Shown here one piece after another: positions 38,915 to 47,113 of a stretch of 64,000 nt of DNA; position 1 is the first letter of the stretch, and every line of letters starts with the position of its first letter. The notes under the pieces were generated by a model. The model was not told the DNA's origin. It saw nothing but the letters and a program-made list of their open reading frames with translations, and did no database searches. This DNA comes from Candidatus Parcubacteria bacterium (GTDB lineage Bacteria; Patescibacteriota; Minisyncoccia; Phycocordibacterales; UBA6065). The stretch lies in contig JBDKKJ010000007.1 of assembly GCA_039796155.1 (NCBI GenBank), forward strand, positions 58,409 through 122,408. Direction: 5' to 3'. The position numbers and the translations under genes were made by a program.

Positions 38915-39358
38915 ATGGCACTCGTAGAAAATCGTAAAGTTCACTTCGATTATGAAATCCTCGAAACCTTCTCTGCAGGGATCGAGCTTTTAGGATTGGA
39001 AGTAAAGTCTCTCCGAGTACATTCAGCCAGCCTCGAAGGCGCATACATAGCAATACGCGGAAAAGAGGCCTTTCTCCTACAATCTTCCATACCTGCATAC
39101 CAGCCGTCAAATACCGCTGCTGATTACAATCCCCTCCGTGTACGAAAACTCCTTTTAACAAAGAAGGAGCTTCATACTTTGGAAGATGCAGAGTCTGGTA
39201 AAGGGTTGACAATAGTGCCTTTAAAAGTGTATAATAAAGGTAAGAAAATCAAGGTAGATATAGCGATTGTGCGCGGAAAAAAGAAGTTTGACAAACGCGC
39301 ATCGATCAAGAAAAGAGAGTCGGACAGAGATATACAGAGAACTTTGAAATATGAATAG
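38915..39358 (+). CDS. smpB: SsrA-binding protein
   Basis: 147 aa; VENRKVHFDYEILETFSAGIEL, typical SmpB; followed by tmRNA. Confidence 0.92.
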   Translation: MALVENRKVHFDYEILETFSAGIELLGLEVKSLRVHSASLEGAYIAIRGKEAFLLQSSIPAYQPSNTAADYNPLRVRKLLLTKKELHTLEDAESGKGLTIVPLKVYNKGKKIKVDIAIVRGKKKFDKRASIKKRESDRDIQRTLKYE

Positions 39359-39378
39359 GCGCGCGCTTCGCGCGCGCC
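39358..39378 (+). other. Perfect alternating-GC hairpin between smpB and ssrA
   Basis: GGCGCGCGC-ttc-GCGCGCGCC, 9-bp stem, overlapping the smpB stop codon, 10 nt before the tmRNA 5' end. Confidence 0.8.
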
Positions 39379-39388
39379 ACACAACAAT

Positions 39389-39778
39389 GGGGATGATCGG
39401 CCTAGACATATGGTTCCCTTTCTTTTGTGCGCGATAGAGCACCAGTAACTCTTTAATCTGCTGGAAACATCAAATGCAAAAAACACCGTTTCTCCGTTTT
39501 TCGGAGCTAAGGATTTTTCATTCGCTTACGCAATAGCCTAAGCGACGTTGGCACACTCGCATTTCTGGCGCGGTGTTCACCAGTGTTATAAATCCAGGAT
39601 AGAACATGATGTGCCTCCGTCTGTTCGAAGAGCTTCGGCTCATTGGCTCGGCGCCTGTACGTTTTGCGTGTCCTAAAGTACACCCGCTCAAATTCCCTTC
39701 TGGGATAAAGATCCGCTACATCGCGTAGAAACACTAGAAAGCATCATGTGCATCCGAGTTCGATTCTCGGCATCTCCA
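39389..39778 (+). ncRNA. ssrA: tmRNA (SsrA), one-piece
   Basis: 5' GGGGATGATCGGCCTAGAC pairs with 3' ...GGCATCTCC-A; T-arm CCGAG-TTCGATT-CTCGG. Tag ORF from GCA at 39476 to TAA at 39539-41 encodes AKNTVSPFFGAKDFSFAYAIA. Confidence 0.88.
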
Positions 39779-39786
39779 CATACCAA

Positions 39787-39821
39787 TAAAACCACCTCGC
39801 TCGAAAGGTGGTTTTATTTTT
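39787..39821 (+). terminator. Intrinsic terminator after tmRNA
   Basis: AAAACCACCT-cgctcgaa-AGGTGGTTTT + ATTTTT. Confidence 0.75.
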
Positions 39822-39842
39822 ACCTTGCTTTAGTGCAACCAG

Positions 39843-40424
39843 CTAGTCTTTCTCACTAAACACAACCCATCGGTCTGAATAACTCATTTCTGTGGCACTC
39901 CACGCCCCAGAACATGTAATAAGATTCAAGTGCGCCTTGCCATCATTTGAATAGAACACCTCAGGAACGACCTCATCTTTTCCATAGAAGTGTGTGCTCT
40001 GAACAATGAAAACAATCTTCGAGGCACCTTCTTCAATATATATTTTGTCCCCTATCTGTACAGATCCCAGATTATCAAATGCGGCTGGTTTATTTTTATA
40101 CCAGCCGAAATGCCCACTCATCACAGCAGTGCCGATTTCACCAGGACGTTTACCCGCACTAAAGAGACCCACTACCATAGGGTCCTTTGGCACATCCATT
40201 GCACCTGACTTTGTTAGCCCTACATTCTCGACAGACGCGGAAATAGATACCGAAGGAATTCGGATACGTAGACTTGATGTGGCGTTAATGGAAAGTGCAC
40301 CTTCAGCAACCGCAATTTTGTATTCAGGGAGTCTTACTTTATCCGACAGAAAAATCAGGGCTAAAATTACAACAACAAAGGCGGATGCAGATGCGTAACG
40401 ATGACTTTGTAGCCTACTTAACAT
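39843..40424 (-). CDS. Sortase (class F-like)
   Basis: 193 aa; N-terminal TM anchor, catalytic His region AVMSGHFGW, catalytic Cys in LNLITCSG, Arg near the C-terminus (YSDRWVV). Confidence 0.7.
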   Translation of the reverse strand: MLSRLQSHRYASASAFVVVILALIFLSDKVRLPEYKIAVAEGALSINATSSLRIRIPSVSISASVENVGLTKSGAMDVPKDPMVVGLFSAGKRPGEIGTAVMSGHFGWYKNKPAAFDNLGSVQIGDKIYIEEGASKIVFIVQSTHFYGKDEVVPEVFYSNDGKAHLNLITCSGAWSATEMSYSDRWVVFSEKD

Positions 40425-41547
40425 ATTCCGCTAACATTCTAAGCGCGGAGTCGTACCAGTGTGATTCTATAGCGTGCGGTGCAATACCTGTGTTTGGAAA
40501 ACTTGGTGCAACGTTACTTGCAAGAGAAAGGATTTGCTCCAATGTTGGACCGCCGACTATGACCAAAGTCGAGAGCGGCTGAGCACTTACTGGCTCAGAA
40601 ACCACAGTTGCAACTACAGTGGCAACAACAGGGTCAGTAACAGGGTCAGCGACAGGATTAATCCAGTTTCTATTGTGACCACCGCTCGTTGAGGACGACC
40701 CCTGACCTCCTGATGTAGACGACTGAGCGACCACAGGCGCAACATAACCAGCCATTGAAATGCGGTTCGCATCCAGTGTTACTTGAGTCTGTGAAAAGGC
40801 CTGTCCTGTAAGCACGGCACCTGTCTGAATGACAATCTGTTTCGATGCCAATATCGTTCCGTTAAATGTTGAATACGTTCCCAATGTCGTACCCGAGACT
40901 CCTCCAACTTGCCAAAAGACATTAGACGCCTGTGCCCCACCAGCAAGTATGATCTGGGTACCAGTAGGAATACTCGCGCCTGATGAGACATCAAGATTTC
41001 CTGCAATTTGGAATATCCACACATCATTTGATCCACCAGAAAGAGTCATACTCGTGGGAATGATGACATTTGTACTCCACTTATATAGTCCCGGTGCAAA
41101 CGTCTGACTTCCGAGATTTCCCGCATAGAGTTCTGTGCCATCGGGAAGCGTTCGTCCTTCTGCGTCTGTGTATGCGGTCCCCATATCAAGCACAGCATTA
41201 TCGATAGTGGTTTTATTGCTCAAAGGAGGATTACCCGCAAAACATGTTGTCGCACCACTTCCTGTATAGGCGGCGTCAACACCATATATTGTCCCTGTAA
41301 TTTCTGAACAGAACACATTGTCCATTGCAGCAGATGTGATCGGACTTGAACCAATATTTCCCGTGAGAGTTGATGTATGTGAACCAGTGTTTGTGATTCC
41401 CGTCTTGGTAATAATAGTAAAGTTACCAGCAGACATGAGGTCGAGTCTGGTAGGACCTGCAGCATATGCAAAAGCAGGTAAACCAAAACTCAAAATAGAT
41501 AAAAAAGTGGCGCTATAGATACGTATTTTTTGTTTCATACTAACCAT
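40414..41547 (-). CDS. Secreted DUF3494 (ice-binding-like beta-helix) surface protein with C-terminal FPNTG motif
   Basis: 377 aa; signal peptide; DUF3494 pattern (AGNFTIITKTGITNTG..., LTGNIGSSP, DVWIFQIAGNL, ASNVFWQVGG, FNGTILA); FPNTG encoded at 40486-40500. Confidence 0.7.
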   Translation of the reverse strand: MVSMKQKIRIYSATFLSILSFGLPAFAYAAGPTRLDLMSAGNFTIITKTGITNTGSHTSTLTGNIGSSPITSAAMDNVFCSEITGTIYGVDAAYTGSGATTCFAGNPPLSNKTTIDNAVLDMGTAYTDAEGRTLPDGTELYAGNLGSQTFAPGLYKWSTNVIIPTSMTLSGGSNDVWIFQIAGNLDVSSGASIPTGTQIILAGGAQASNVFWQVGGVSGTTLGTYSTFNGTILASKQIVIQTGAVLTGQAFSQTQVTLDANRISMAGYVAPVVAQSSTSGGQGSSSTSGGHNRNWINPVADPVTDPVVATVVATVVSEPVSAQPLSTLVIVGGPTLEQILSLASNVAPSFPNTGIAPHAIESHWYDSALRMLAEYVK

Positions 41548-41654
41548 GACGAAACGAAACGTTCATTATTACAGGGAAATAATGGATTTTAGATGCTATA
41601 CTGAGCGCTAGTTAGGATTCTTCACCCTTTTCCTCACCTCCCGCTACTCCCTTT

Positions 41655-42488
41655 ATGACCAACCATACTCATGAGGATCATGCTGAAGAACGTTTTTCAG
41701 TCTGGTTCTTTGCCATTGTTATTGTCTCGTCGCTCGCTTTACTCTGTTTATCTGTCGCATTTCTTGCGCCAAACATTCTGAGGAACGAGCTTCATGCAGG
41801 CTGGAAATCATTCGTGATTATCTTCCTGTTCGTCCACCTCGCGATGTCATTCGTCGAGTTCTTCTTCCACCGATATGTGTTGCATGCACCTGTGGTGCCT
41901 TTCTTGGCCCACTTTTACAAGCAACACACACTTCATCACAACCTTACCCGTGTCGCACTTCCGCGCACAAGTAATATTGTGACGAATGAATATCCTATTC
42001 TTGTTGAGGAACAACATGAGGCGTCATTTTTCCCATGGTATTCACTCCTCGTGTTTGCCGGAATTACGACACCCTTCTTTGTTCTTGTGCACTACCTCGT
42101 GCCGAGCGCACCTATATTCATGGCAGGATATCTTGCTATAGCATGGTCGCTTGTGCTCTACGAGCTTCTGCACGCACTTGAACACAAGTCTGTTGAGAGC
42201 TGGAAACCACTTCTTGAACATCCGCACCTTGGAGGTGTCTGGAAAGTGATTTACGGATTTCATCTGCGCCATCATGCAGATATCCGCTCGAACGAATCGA
42301 TATCCGGATTCTTTGGACTACCTGTTCCAGACTTTGTGTTTGGCACCTGGGTAAATCCAGACACTCTTTACGAACATCAAACCGTAGTTGAGAAAAAAGA
42401 ATTCGAATCACCGCGCCCCGGATTCTTTATCCGTTGGCTCGATCGATACACAGAAGCAGCAATACAAAAAAGACGGTCACGGGCGTAA
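41655..42488 (+). CDS. Fatty-acid hydroxylase / sterol-desaturase-superfamily membrane protein
   Basis: 277 aa; histidine boxes HRYVLH, HTLHH, HALEH, HLRHH in a polytopic membrane protein. Confidence 0.6.
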   Translation: MTNHTHEDHAEERFSVWFFAIVIVSSLALLCLSVAFLAPNILRNELHAGWKSFVIIFLFVHLAMSFVEFFFHRYVLHAPVVPFLAHFYKQHTLHHNLTRVALPRTSNIVTNEYPILVEEQHEASFFPWYSLLVFAGITTPFFVLVHYLVPSAPIFMAGYLAIAWSLVLYELLHALEHKSVESWKPLLEHPHLGGVWKVIYGFHLRHHADIRSNESISGFFGLPVPDFVFGTWVNPDTLYEHQTVVEKKEFESPRPGFFIRWLDRYTEAAIQKRRSRA

Positions 42489-42504
42489 GCCCAAGACCGT
42501 CTCT

Positions 42505-42531
42505 GCCGCCCTATCCCGGGCGGCTTTTTTT
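42505..42531 (+). terminator. Intrinsic terminator
   Basis: GCCGCCC-tatccc-GGGCGGC + TTTTTTT. Confidence 0.75.
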
Positions 42532-42534
42532 AGG

Positions 42535-42585
42535 GAAATAATGAGCCTTGCTAATATATTTCCCTTATCTCCCTTGGAGATATGA
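42535..42585 (+). repeat. Intergenic repeat copy A (AAATAATGAGC...AATATATTT...TATCTCC-ctt-GGAGATA)
   Basis: About 50 nt shared with 54565-54616 (roughly 40 identities by eye), including an identical 17-nt palindrome ATCTCCCTTGGAGATAT. Confidence 0.7.
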
Positions 42586-42586
42586 A

Positions 42587-43306
42587 TTACACCCCCGCAA
42601 AACGAATAGCGAAATAAATTACCGCCATACCAAGTACAGTTGCAATCGTAGTCCAGCGCGTTGGATGATTGTGATGGCTTTCAGGCAAGAGATCACTAGC
42701 ACCAATATAAAGAAAAAATCCTGAGAAAAGCGCGAGCAGTATACCAAGTCCCGATTCAGGAATCGTAAAGAGGAATGTTGAAGCAATACCAATAACTGGC
42801 GCAATCGCGTCTGTAGCAAGCCACTTGAAGGCCTGCTTCTTTGTACCACCATGACGCAGAATCATTGAAACGGTATTTATACCATCAGAAAAATCGTGAG
42901 CCAAAACAGCAGCAGCAACTATCGCACCCACAGCAGGAGAAACATGAAAAGCAACACCCACAGCAATACCATCGAGAAAGCTGTGAAATGAGAGACTTCC
43001 AGCACCGAGTATTCCTTTATGATGGCCATGGTCGTGACCTTCTTCGTGACAGTGCGTAAAGAAAACACGGTCGAGAAGAAGATACGTAACGAAACCAACT
43101 GCAACCGCGAGCATAAGTGTTGATGATTCCCAGTACTGACCACCAATCTCAAGCGCCTCTGGAAGCAAATCAAAAAAAGCTACGCCAATAATTGCCCCCG
43201 CACTGAAGCCGAGAACAAGATGTAGTTTGTCGCTCCATTTAAGTGCCACAAAACCACCAAGAATAGTTGCCACGAAAGCACCGATTGCGATAAGAGTAAG
43301 TGTCAT
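42587..43306 (-). CDS. zupT: ZIP-family divalent metal transporter (ZupT-like)
   Basis: Start at 43306 (MTLTLIAIGAF); His-rich loop HCHEEGHDHGHH, conserved HSFLDG and HDFSDG motifs. Confidence 0.8.
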   Translation of the reverse strand: MTLTLIAIGAFVATILGGFVALKWSDKLHLVLGFSAGAIIGVAFFDLLPEALEIGGQYWESSTLMLAVAVGFVTYLLLDRVFFTHCHEEGHDHGHHKGILGAGSLSFHSFLDGIAVGVAFHVSPAVGAIVAAAVLAHDFSDGINTVSMILRHGGTKKQAFKWLATDAIAPVIGIASTFLFTIPESGLGILLALFSGFFLYIGASDLLPESHHNHPTRWTTIATVLGMAVIYFAIRFAGV

Positions 43307-43343
43307 AGAACAAAGTCTATACGTATCCCCAAGCACTTGCAAC

Positions 43344-44525
43344 TTAATTGCCGAACGTAAAGGCAAAAGCCTGGAGCCCTGCCGCACCGGCTCGGATAGT
43401 AATGGTGTGTGTAGAAGATTCACTAGCCGCATACAGTGAATACAGACGTGAATCAGAAACGGTCACAACACCTTTATTACTCACCATTTTGACGTCATCA
43501 CCTTTTTCTAATGTGGAGATTGGTTTTCCATCTATCAAAATCTCAGCATCTGTTGGTGTGCGCGCTGACATCACAAGAAACACTTTCTTTGCAGAGAATG
43601 GATAGACAATAGAAGCGTTGGCATCGGTGCTTTCAACATTCTGTGGACCAACATTCCATGTACCATCTAGATACAATTTATTCGTTGAAAGTTTTGCGGG
43701 CACGGTAAACGTCTTTGTTCCCGATTCTCCAGGCGTACCGTTCGCCAAAAATTCATTTCGAGCGGAACCAAGGTACGTTTCAGGACTTTGCCCAAAAGAT
43801 TGCCGTTCAGTTGCACCAGATGTAACGGCCATATTCAAATCCACACTAAGACCTAGCACATTTGCCCTTTCTTTAAGCAAATCTTTAATAACTTCCTCTG
43901 TTTCAGCATAGCCCCCTTCTCCGATGTGGTCATAACGAACGAAGCCGTCGATATCAATCAAATACTTTCGTGGCCAGTACAAATTTTTATACGCACTCCA
44001 TGTGCCGTAATCATTATCAAGAACTACGGGAAACTTTATTCCGTATTTTTTCATTGCAGTCTCCACATTCGACTGAACCTTTTCAAAATCAAACTCTGGA
44101 GTATGAATACCAATCACAATAAGCCCTTTGTCCTCGTACTTTGAGTACCACTCATTTATGTAGGGATACGTGCGAATACAATTGATACAACTGTAGGTCA
44201 TGATATCGAGCAAAATTACTTTCTTACCGACGTAATCAGCAATTTTAACTGGCTTCCCTTGCGTGTTCACAAATCCAGACGGGTTCGTAATTTCTTTTGC
44301 ACGGTCGTATTTTGCTGTTTTTGAAGCAATGCGATCCTGAGCAGAAACCATGGCAACAGGCCCTTCTTCCTTTTTCATCGTTGAATCAACAACGGGTACA
44401 ACAACGTCCTGTGCAGGAGTATTCGAGATAACTGGTTTTACTTTACCGTTCCCAAGGTAGACAATCGCCGCAACAATACAAACAACAACAAGTAGAAGCG
44501 AGACGATTTGTTTTGTGCCCATCAT
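43344..44525 (-). CDS. Exported thioredoxin-fold (redoxin) protein with beta-rich C-terminal domain, DipZ C-terminal-like
   Basis: 393 aa; N-terminal TM; CxxC = YSCINCIRT in an AhpC/TSA-like domain; paired with ccdA. Confidence 0.65.
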   Translation of the reverse strand: MMGTKQIVSLLLVVVCIVAAIVYLGNGKVKPVISNTPAQDVVVPVVDSTMKKEEGPVAMVSAQDRIASKTAKYDRAKEITNPSGFVNTQGKPVKIADYVGKKVILLDIMTYSCINCIRTYPYINEWYSKYEDKGLIVIGIHTPEFDFEKVQSNVETAMKKYGIKFPVVLDNDYGTWSAYKNLYWPRKYLIDIDGFVRYDHIGEGGYAETEEVIKDLLKERANVLGLSVDLNMAVTSGATERQSFGQSPETYLGSARNEFLANGTPGESGTKTFTVPAKLSTNKLYLDGTWNVGPQNVESTDANASIVYPFSAKKVFLVMSARTPTDAEILIDGKPISTLEKGDDVKMVSNKGVVTVSDSRLYSLYAASESSTHTITIRAGAAGLQAFAFTFGN

Positions 44526-44526
44526 A

Positions 44527-45231
44527 TTATTTTAAAAGAAGCTTATTGATAAAGTCGAAACTCGCAATTCGAGACAACTCTTGTGTAAAGACGAACACCC
44601 CAAGAATAATCAGAACAAATCCGAATACTTTGCTTAGTGTTTCAAAAGCTTTTGCGTGACGAGAGATAAAACCAGTTGCCTGACTCGCAAAGAGACCGAC
44701 AAGTAGAAATGGCACACCAAGACCGATCGAATACGAGAGAAGAAGTGCGAAGGCTGATCCCGGATTTGATGCCGCCAAGGCGATAATTGCACCAAGAATT
44801 GCTCCAACACACGGTGTCCATCCTGCGGCGAAAGCAAATCCAAACAAAAACGATGTGATGTAGCGAGAGTGCTTTTTGGTGCTTATTTTCATTGTGTGAG
44901 CCTTTGCCAAGAACGGAATATTGAGAAGGCCTGTGAGATAGAGCCCGAACACAATAATGATTATTCCCCCGATACGTGAGAGCCACGTCTGTGCACCGTA
45001 CGCAACGTTTGCGAGCACCGTGTTGAGCAAGACACCAAGCACAGCGAACACAATTGAGAATCCCAGCACAAAGAAAAGGCTCGCAAAAAATATTTCACGC
45101 TTCTTTGCATTCTCCCCCAATGTGGTTCCAGCAATGTATGCGAGAAAACCAGGTATGATTGGTAGTACGCACGGTGAAGCGAATGATATGAGACCAGCAA
45201 GAAATGCTACAGGTAAAGAAATATCAATCAT
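44527..45231 (-). CDS. ccdA: Thiol:disulfide electron-transfer membrane protein CcdA/DsbD-core
   Basis: 234 aa; 6 TM; conserved Cys in ASPCVLP and WTPCVG. Confidence 0.8.
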   Translation of the reverse strand: MIDISLPVAFLAGLISFASPCVLPIIPGFLAYIAGTTLGENAKKREIFFASLFFVLGFSIVFAVLGVLLNTVLANVAYGAQTWLSRIGGIIIIVFGLYLTGLLNIPFLAKAHTMKISTKKHSRYITSFLFGFAFAAGWTPCVGAILGAIIALAASNPGSAFALLLSYSIGLGVPFLLVGLFASQATGFISRHAKAFETLSKVFGFVLIILGVFVFTQELSRIASFDFINKLLLK

Positions 45232-45237
45232 AAATAT

Positions 45238-45588
45238 TTAATTTGTATTCTTCTGATATATAAGTGCCGAAGCTTTAGCGACAATCATAACTACAAGAGC
45301 CAACACGAGCCACGGTGAAAGCATGCTCGCAAGCGCCTCTACAACAATTGCCACCAAGAGGACGAGTGCGCCAAACATGAAGCCGAATCGATCTGCCTTC
45401 TGAATATGCGTCTGCTCCCTTTCATCGCCACCCTTTTCTCGCCAGAGAAAGAGCGCAAAGACTGCAAATACTGCCACAACAGCAATCACCACCGTCATAA
45501 CCGCCATTCCCGGCATAAAACCAAACGGTTCGAGCAGGAGTCCGAGAAGTACAACGAGCACTGCTGGTACTAATATATCTTTTGTCAT
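45238..45588 (-). CDS. Small membrane protein co-transcribed with XRE regulator
   Basis: 116 aa, 4 hydrophobic helices; 2-nt gap from the HTH gene. Confidence 0.45.
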   Translation of the reverse strand: MTKDILVPAVLVVLLGLLLEPFGFMPGMAVMTVVIAVVAVFAVFALFLWREKGGDEREQTHIQKADRFGFMFGALVLLVAIVVEALASMLSPWLVLALVVMIVAKASALIYQKNTN

Positions 45589-45590
45589 AA

Positions 45591-45797
45591 TTATGAAATT
45601 TTAAATACTTCTTCTACACGAACTTTAAAAAACTGAGCGATTTTAAGAGCGAGTAGCACCGAAGGAACGTAATTCCCTTTCTCAATCGAGATAATTGTCT
45701 GACGCGTAACTCCTATTGCGCGAGCAAAATCTTCTTGAGTCGCCCCTTTCTTTGAACGCAATTCATGTACATTATTTTTAACTGATTCAAGTGGCAT
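45591..45797 (-). CDS. XRE-family HTH transcriptional regulator
   Basis: 68 aa; LRSKKGATQEDFARAIGVTRQTIISIEKGNYVPS is a canonical Cro/C1 HTH. Confidence 0.8.
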   Translation of the reverse strand: MPLESVKNNVHELRSKKGATQEDFARAIGVTRQTIISIEKGNYVPSVLLALKIAQFFKVRVEEVFKIS

Positions 45798-45820
45798 GTA
45801 GAAATTCTATCAGATACCTA

Positions 45821-45840
45821 ATGTAAAGTAAACTTTACAT
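45821..45840. promoter_or_regulatory. Candidate operator palindrome of the XRE regulator
   Basis: ATGTAAAGT-AA-ACTTTACAT, perfect 9-bp arms, 24 nt upstream of the regulator start in the divergent region with infC. Confidence 0.5.
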
Positions 45841-45878
45841 ATTGTCCAAACCAGCAAAATATGCTTTAATCGTCACAC

Positions 45879-46391
45879 ATGAGTAAAGACCGAACACGTA
45901 TAAATCACCATATCAAATCACCTCAAGTCCGAGTTATTGGACCTGAGGGTGAAAATTATGGGATTCTCACTATTAGCGAAGCCCTCAACAAAGCACACGA
46001 AGCTGGACTCGACCTCATCGAGATCTCACCTAACGCCATGCCCCCTGTCGCTAAAATCAGCGACTACGGAAAGTTTGCCTACGAAGAGAGCAAGAAGGAA
46101 AAGGCTGCAAAGGCAAAGTCACACGTTATTGAACTCAAGACCCTCCAGGTAAAGATTGGTACTGGTGACCATGACCTTGGACTTAAAGCAAAGAAGGCAT
46201 CTGAATGGCTCAAAGAAGGTCAGCGCATTAAAATCGATCTTTTCCTCCCTGGCCGCGCTAAATACCTTGAACCAAAGTTCCTCGAAGAACGACTCCAGCG
46301 AGTACTCGCTCTCATTACCGAAAACTTTAAAGTAGCTGAAAAGCCTACTAAAAGCCCTAAGGGTTTAACCACTATTATCGAAAAGGCCTAA
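45879..46391 (+). CDS. infC: Translation initiation factor IF-3
   Basis: 170 aa; RINHHIKSPQVRVIGPEGENYGIL and a C-domain typical of IF3. Confidence 0.9.
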   Translation: MSKDRTRINHHIKSPQVRVIGPEGENYGILTISEALNKAHEAGLDLIEISPNAMPPVAKISDYGKFAYEESKKEKAAKAKSHVIELKTLQVKIGTGDHDLGLKAKKASEWLKEGQRIKIDLFLPGRAKYLEPKFLEERLQRVLALITENFKVAEKPTKSPKGLTTIIEKA

Positions 46392-46476
46392 AAGACTGGA
46401 CAAATAGCCGTAATCTGTTAGACTATCCCCTAACAGCCCGCGGTCTATATGGGCTCTTATTTTTTCCCAAAAAGTC

Positions 46477-46665
46477 ATGAAGACTAACAAATCATACGCA
46501 AAGAGACTCAAGGTAACCAAGAATGGAAAGATTCTTGCTCGACGAGCTGGTCAGAACCACTTCAATGCAAAGGAAAGTGGCCGATCACAGATCAAAAAAG
46601 GTACTCTTACCGTCTTTCACATGACTATGAAAGATAAGTCACGCTTCCTCTCAGGCATTCGATAA
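46477..46665 (+). CDS. rpmI: 50S ribosomal protein L35
   Basis: 62 aa; MKTNKSYAKRLKVTKNGKI. Confidence 0.9.
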   Translation: MKTNKSYAKRLKVTKNGKILARRAGQNHFNAKESGRSQIKKGTLTVFHMTMKDKSRFLSGIR

Positions 46666-46683
46666 TTTTTAATATATACATTT

Positions 46684-47028
46684 ATGGCACGAGTAAAAAA
46701 AGGAGTAAACGCACTCAAGACACGACGAAATATCCTCAAGGCAGTTAAAGGATACCGATTCCGACGTTCAACAAACGAACGAGCAGCATACGAAGCTATC
46801 TCACATGCAGGTGCTTATGCTTTCGCTCACCGCCGAGACAAGAAGTCAGACCGCCGAAGCCTCAACATCACTAAAATTAACGCCGCTCTCGATGCAAAGG
46901 GTATTTCATACTCAAAGTTCATGGGCCAGGTAAAGAAGATGGGTATCGTAGTTGATCGAAAGATCCTCGCAGATATCGCTCACAACAACCCAGAGACATT
47001 CGAACGATTCGTTGCTCAGGTAAAGTAA
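46684..47028 (+). CDS. rplT: 50S ribosomal protein L20
   Basis: 114 aa; MARVKKGVNALKTRRNILKAVKGYR. Confidence 0.92.
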   Translation: MARVKKGVNALKTRRNILKAVKGYRFRRSTNERAAYEAISHAGAYAFAHRRDKKSDRRSLNITKINAALDAKGISYSKFMGQVKKMGIVVDRKILADIAHNNPETFERFVAQVK

Positions 47029-47032
47029 AACA

Positions 47033-47060
47033 AAAAAACCGCCTTCTGGCGGTTTTTTGT
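47033..47060 (+). terminator. Intrinsic terminator of infC-rpmI-rplT
   Basis: AAAAAACCGCC-ttct-GGCGGTTTTTT. Confidence 0.8.
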
Positions 47061-47076
47061 TTCCATATATGTTCCA

Positions 47077-47106
47077 TAAAAAAGGCGGCGCACGAAGTGC
47101 GCCGCC
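47077..47106 (-). terminator. Intrinsic terminator of the 47114 gene
   Basis: Minus strand GGCGGCGCAC-ttc-GTGCGCCGCC + TTTTTTT. Confidence 0.75.
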
Positions 47107-47113
47107 AAACTAA

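Noticed and set aside
38892-39212. N-terminal 107-aa extension of the ftsH ORF given in the ORF track
   Set aside because: It overlaps the well-supported smpB gene on the other strand and has no FtsH-like sequence. MSLQFKK at 38891 precedes the first TM helix.
41572-41590. AGGGAAATAATG and AAATAATG strings at 41572 and 50029, as further copies of the 42.5/54.6 kb repeat
   Set aside because: Only 8-12 nt match, in AT-rich context, so chance occurrence is plausible. They are noted only as possible support in the repeat findings.
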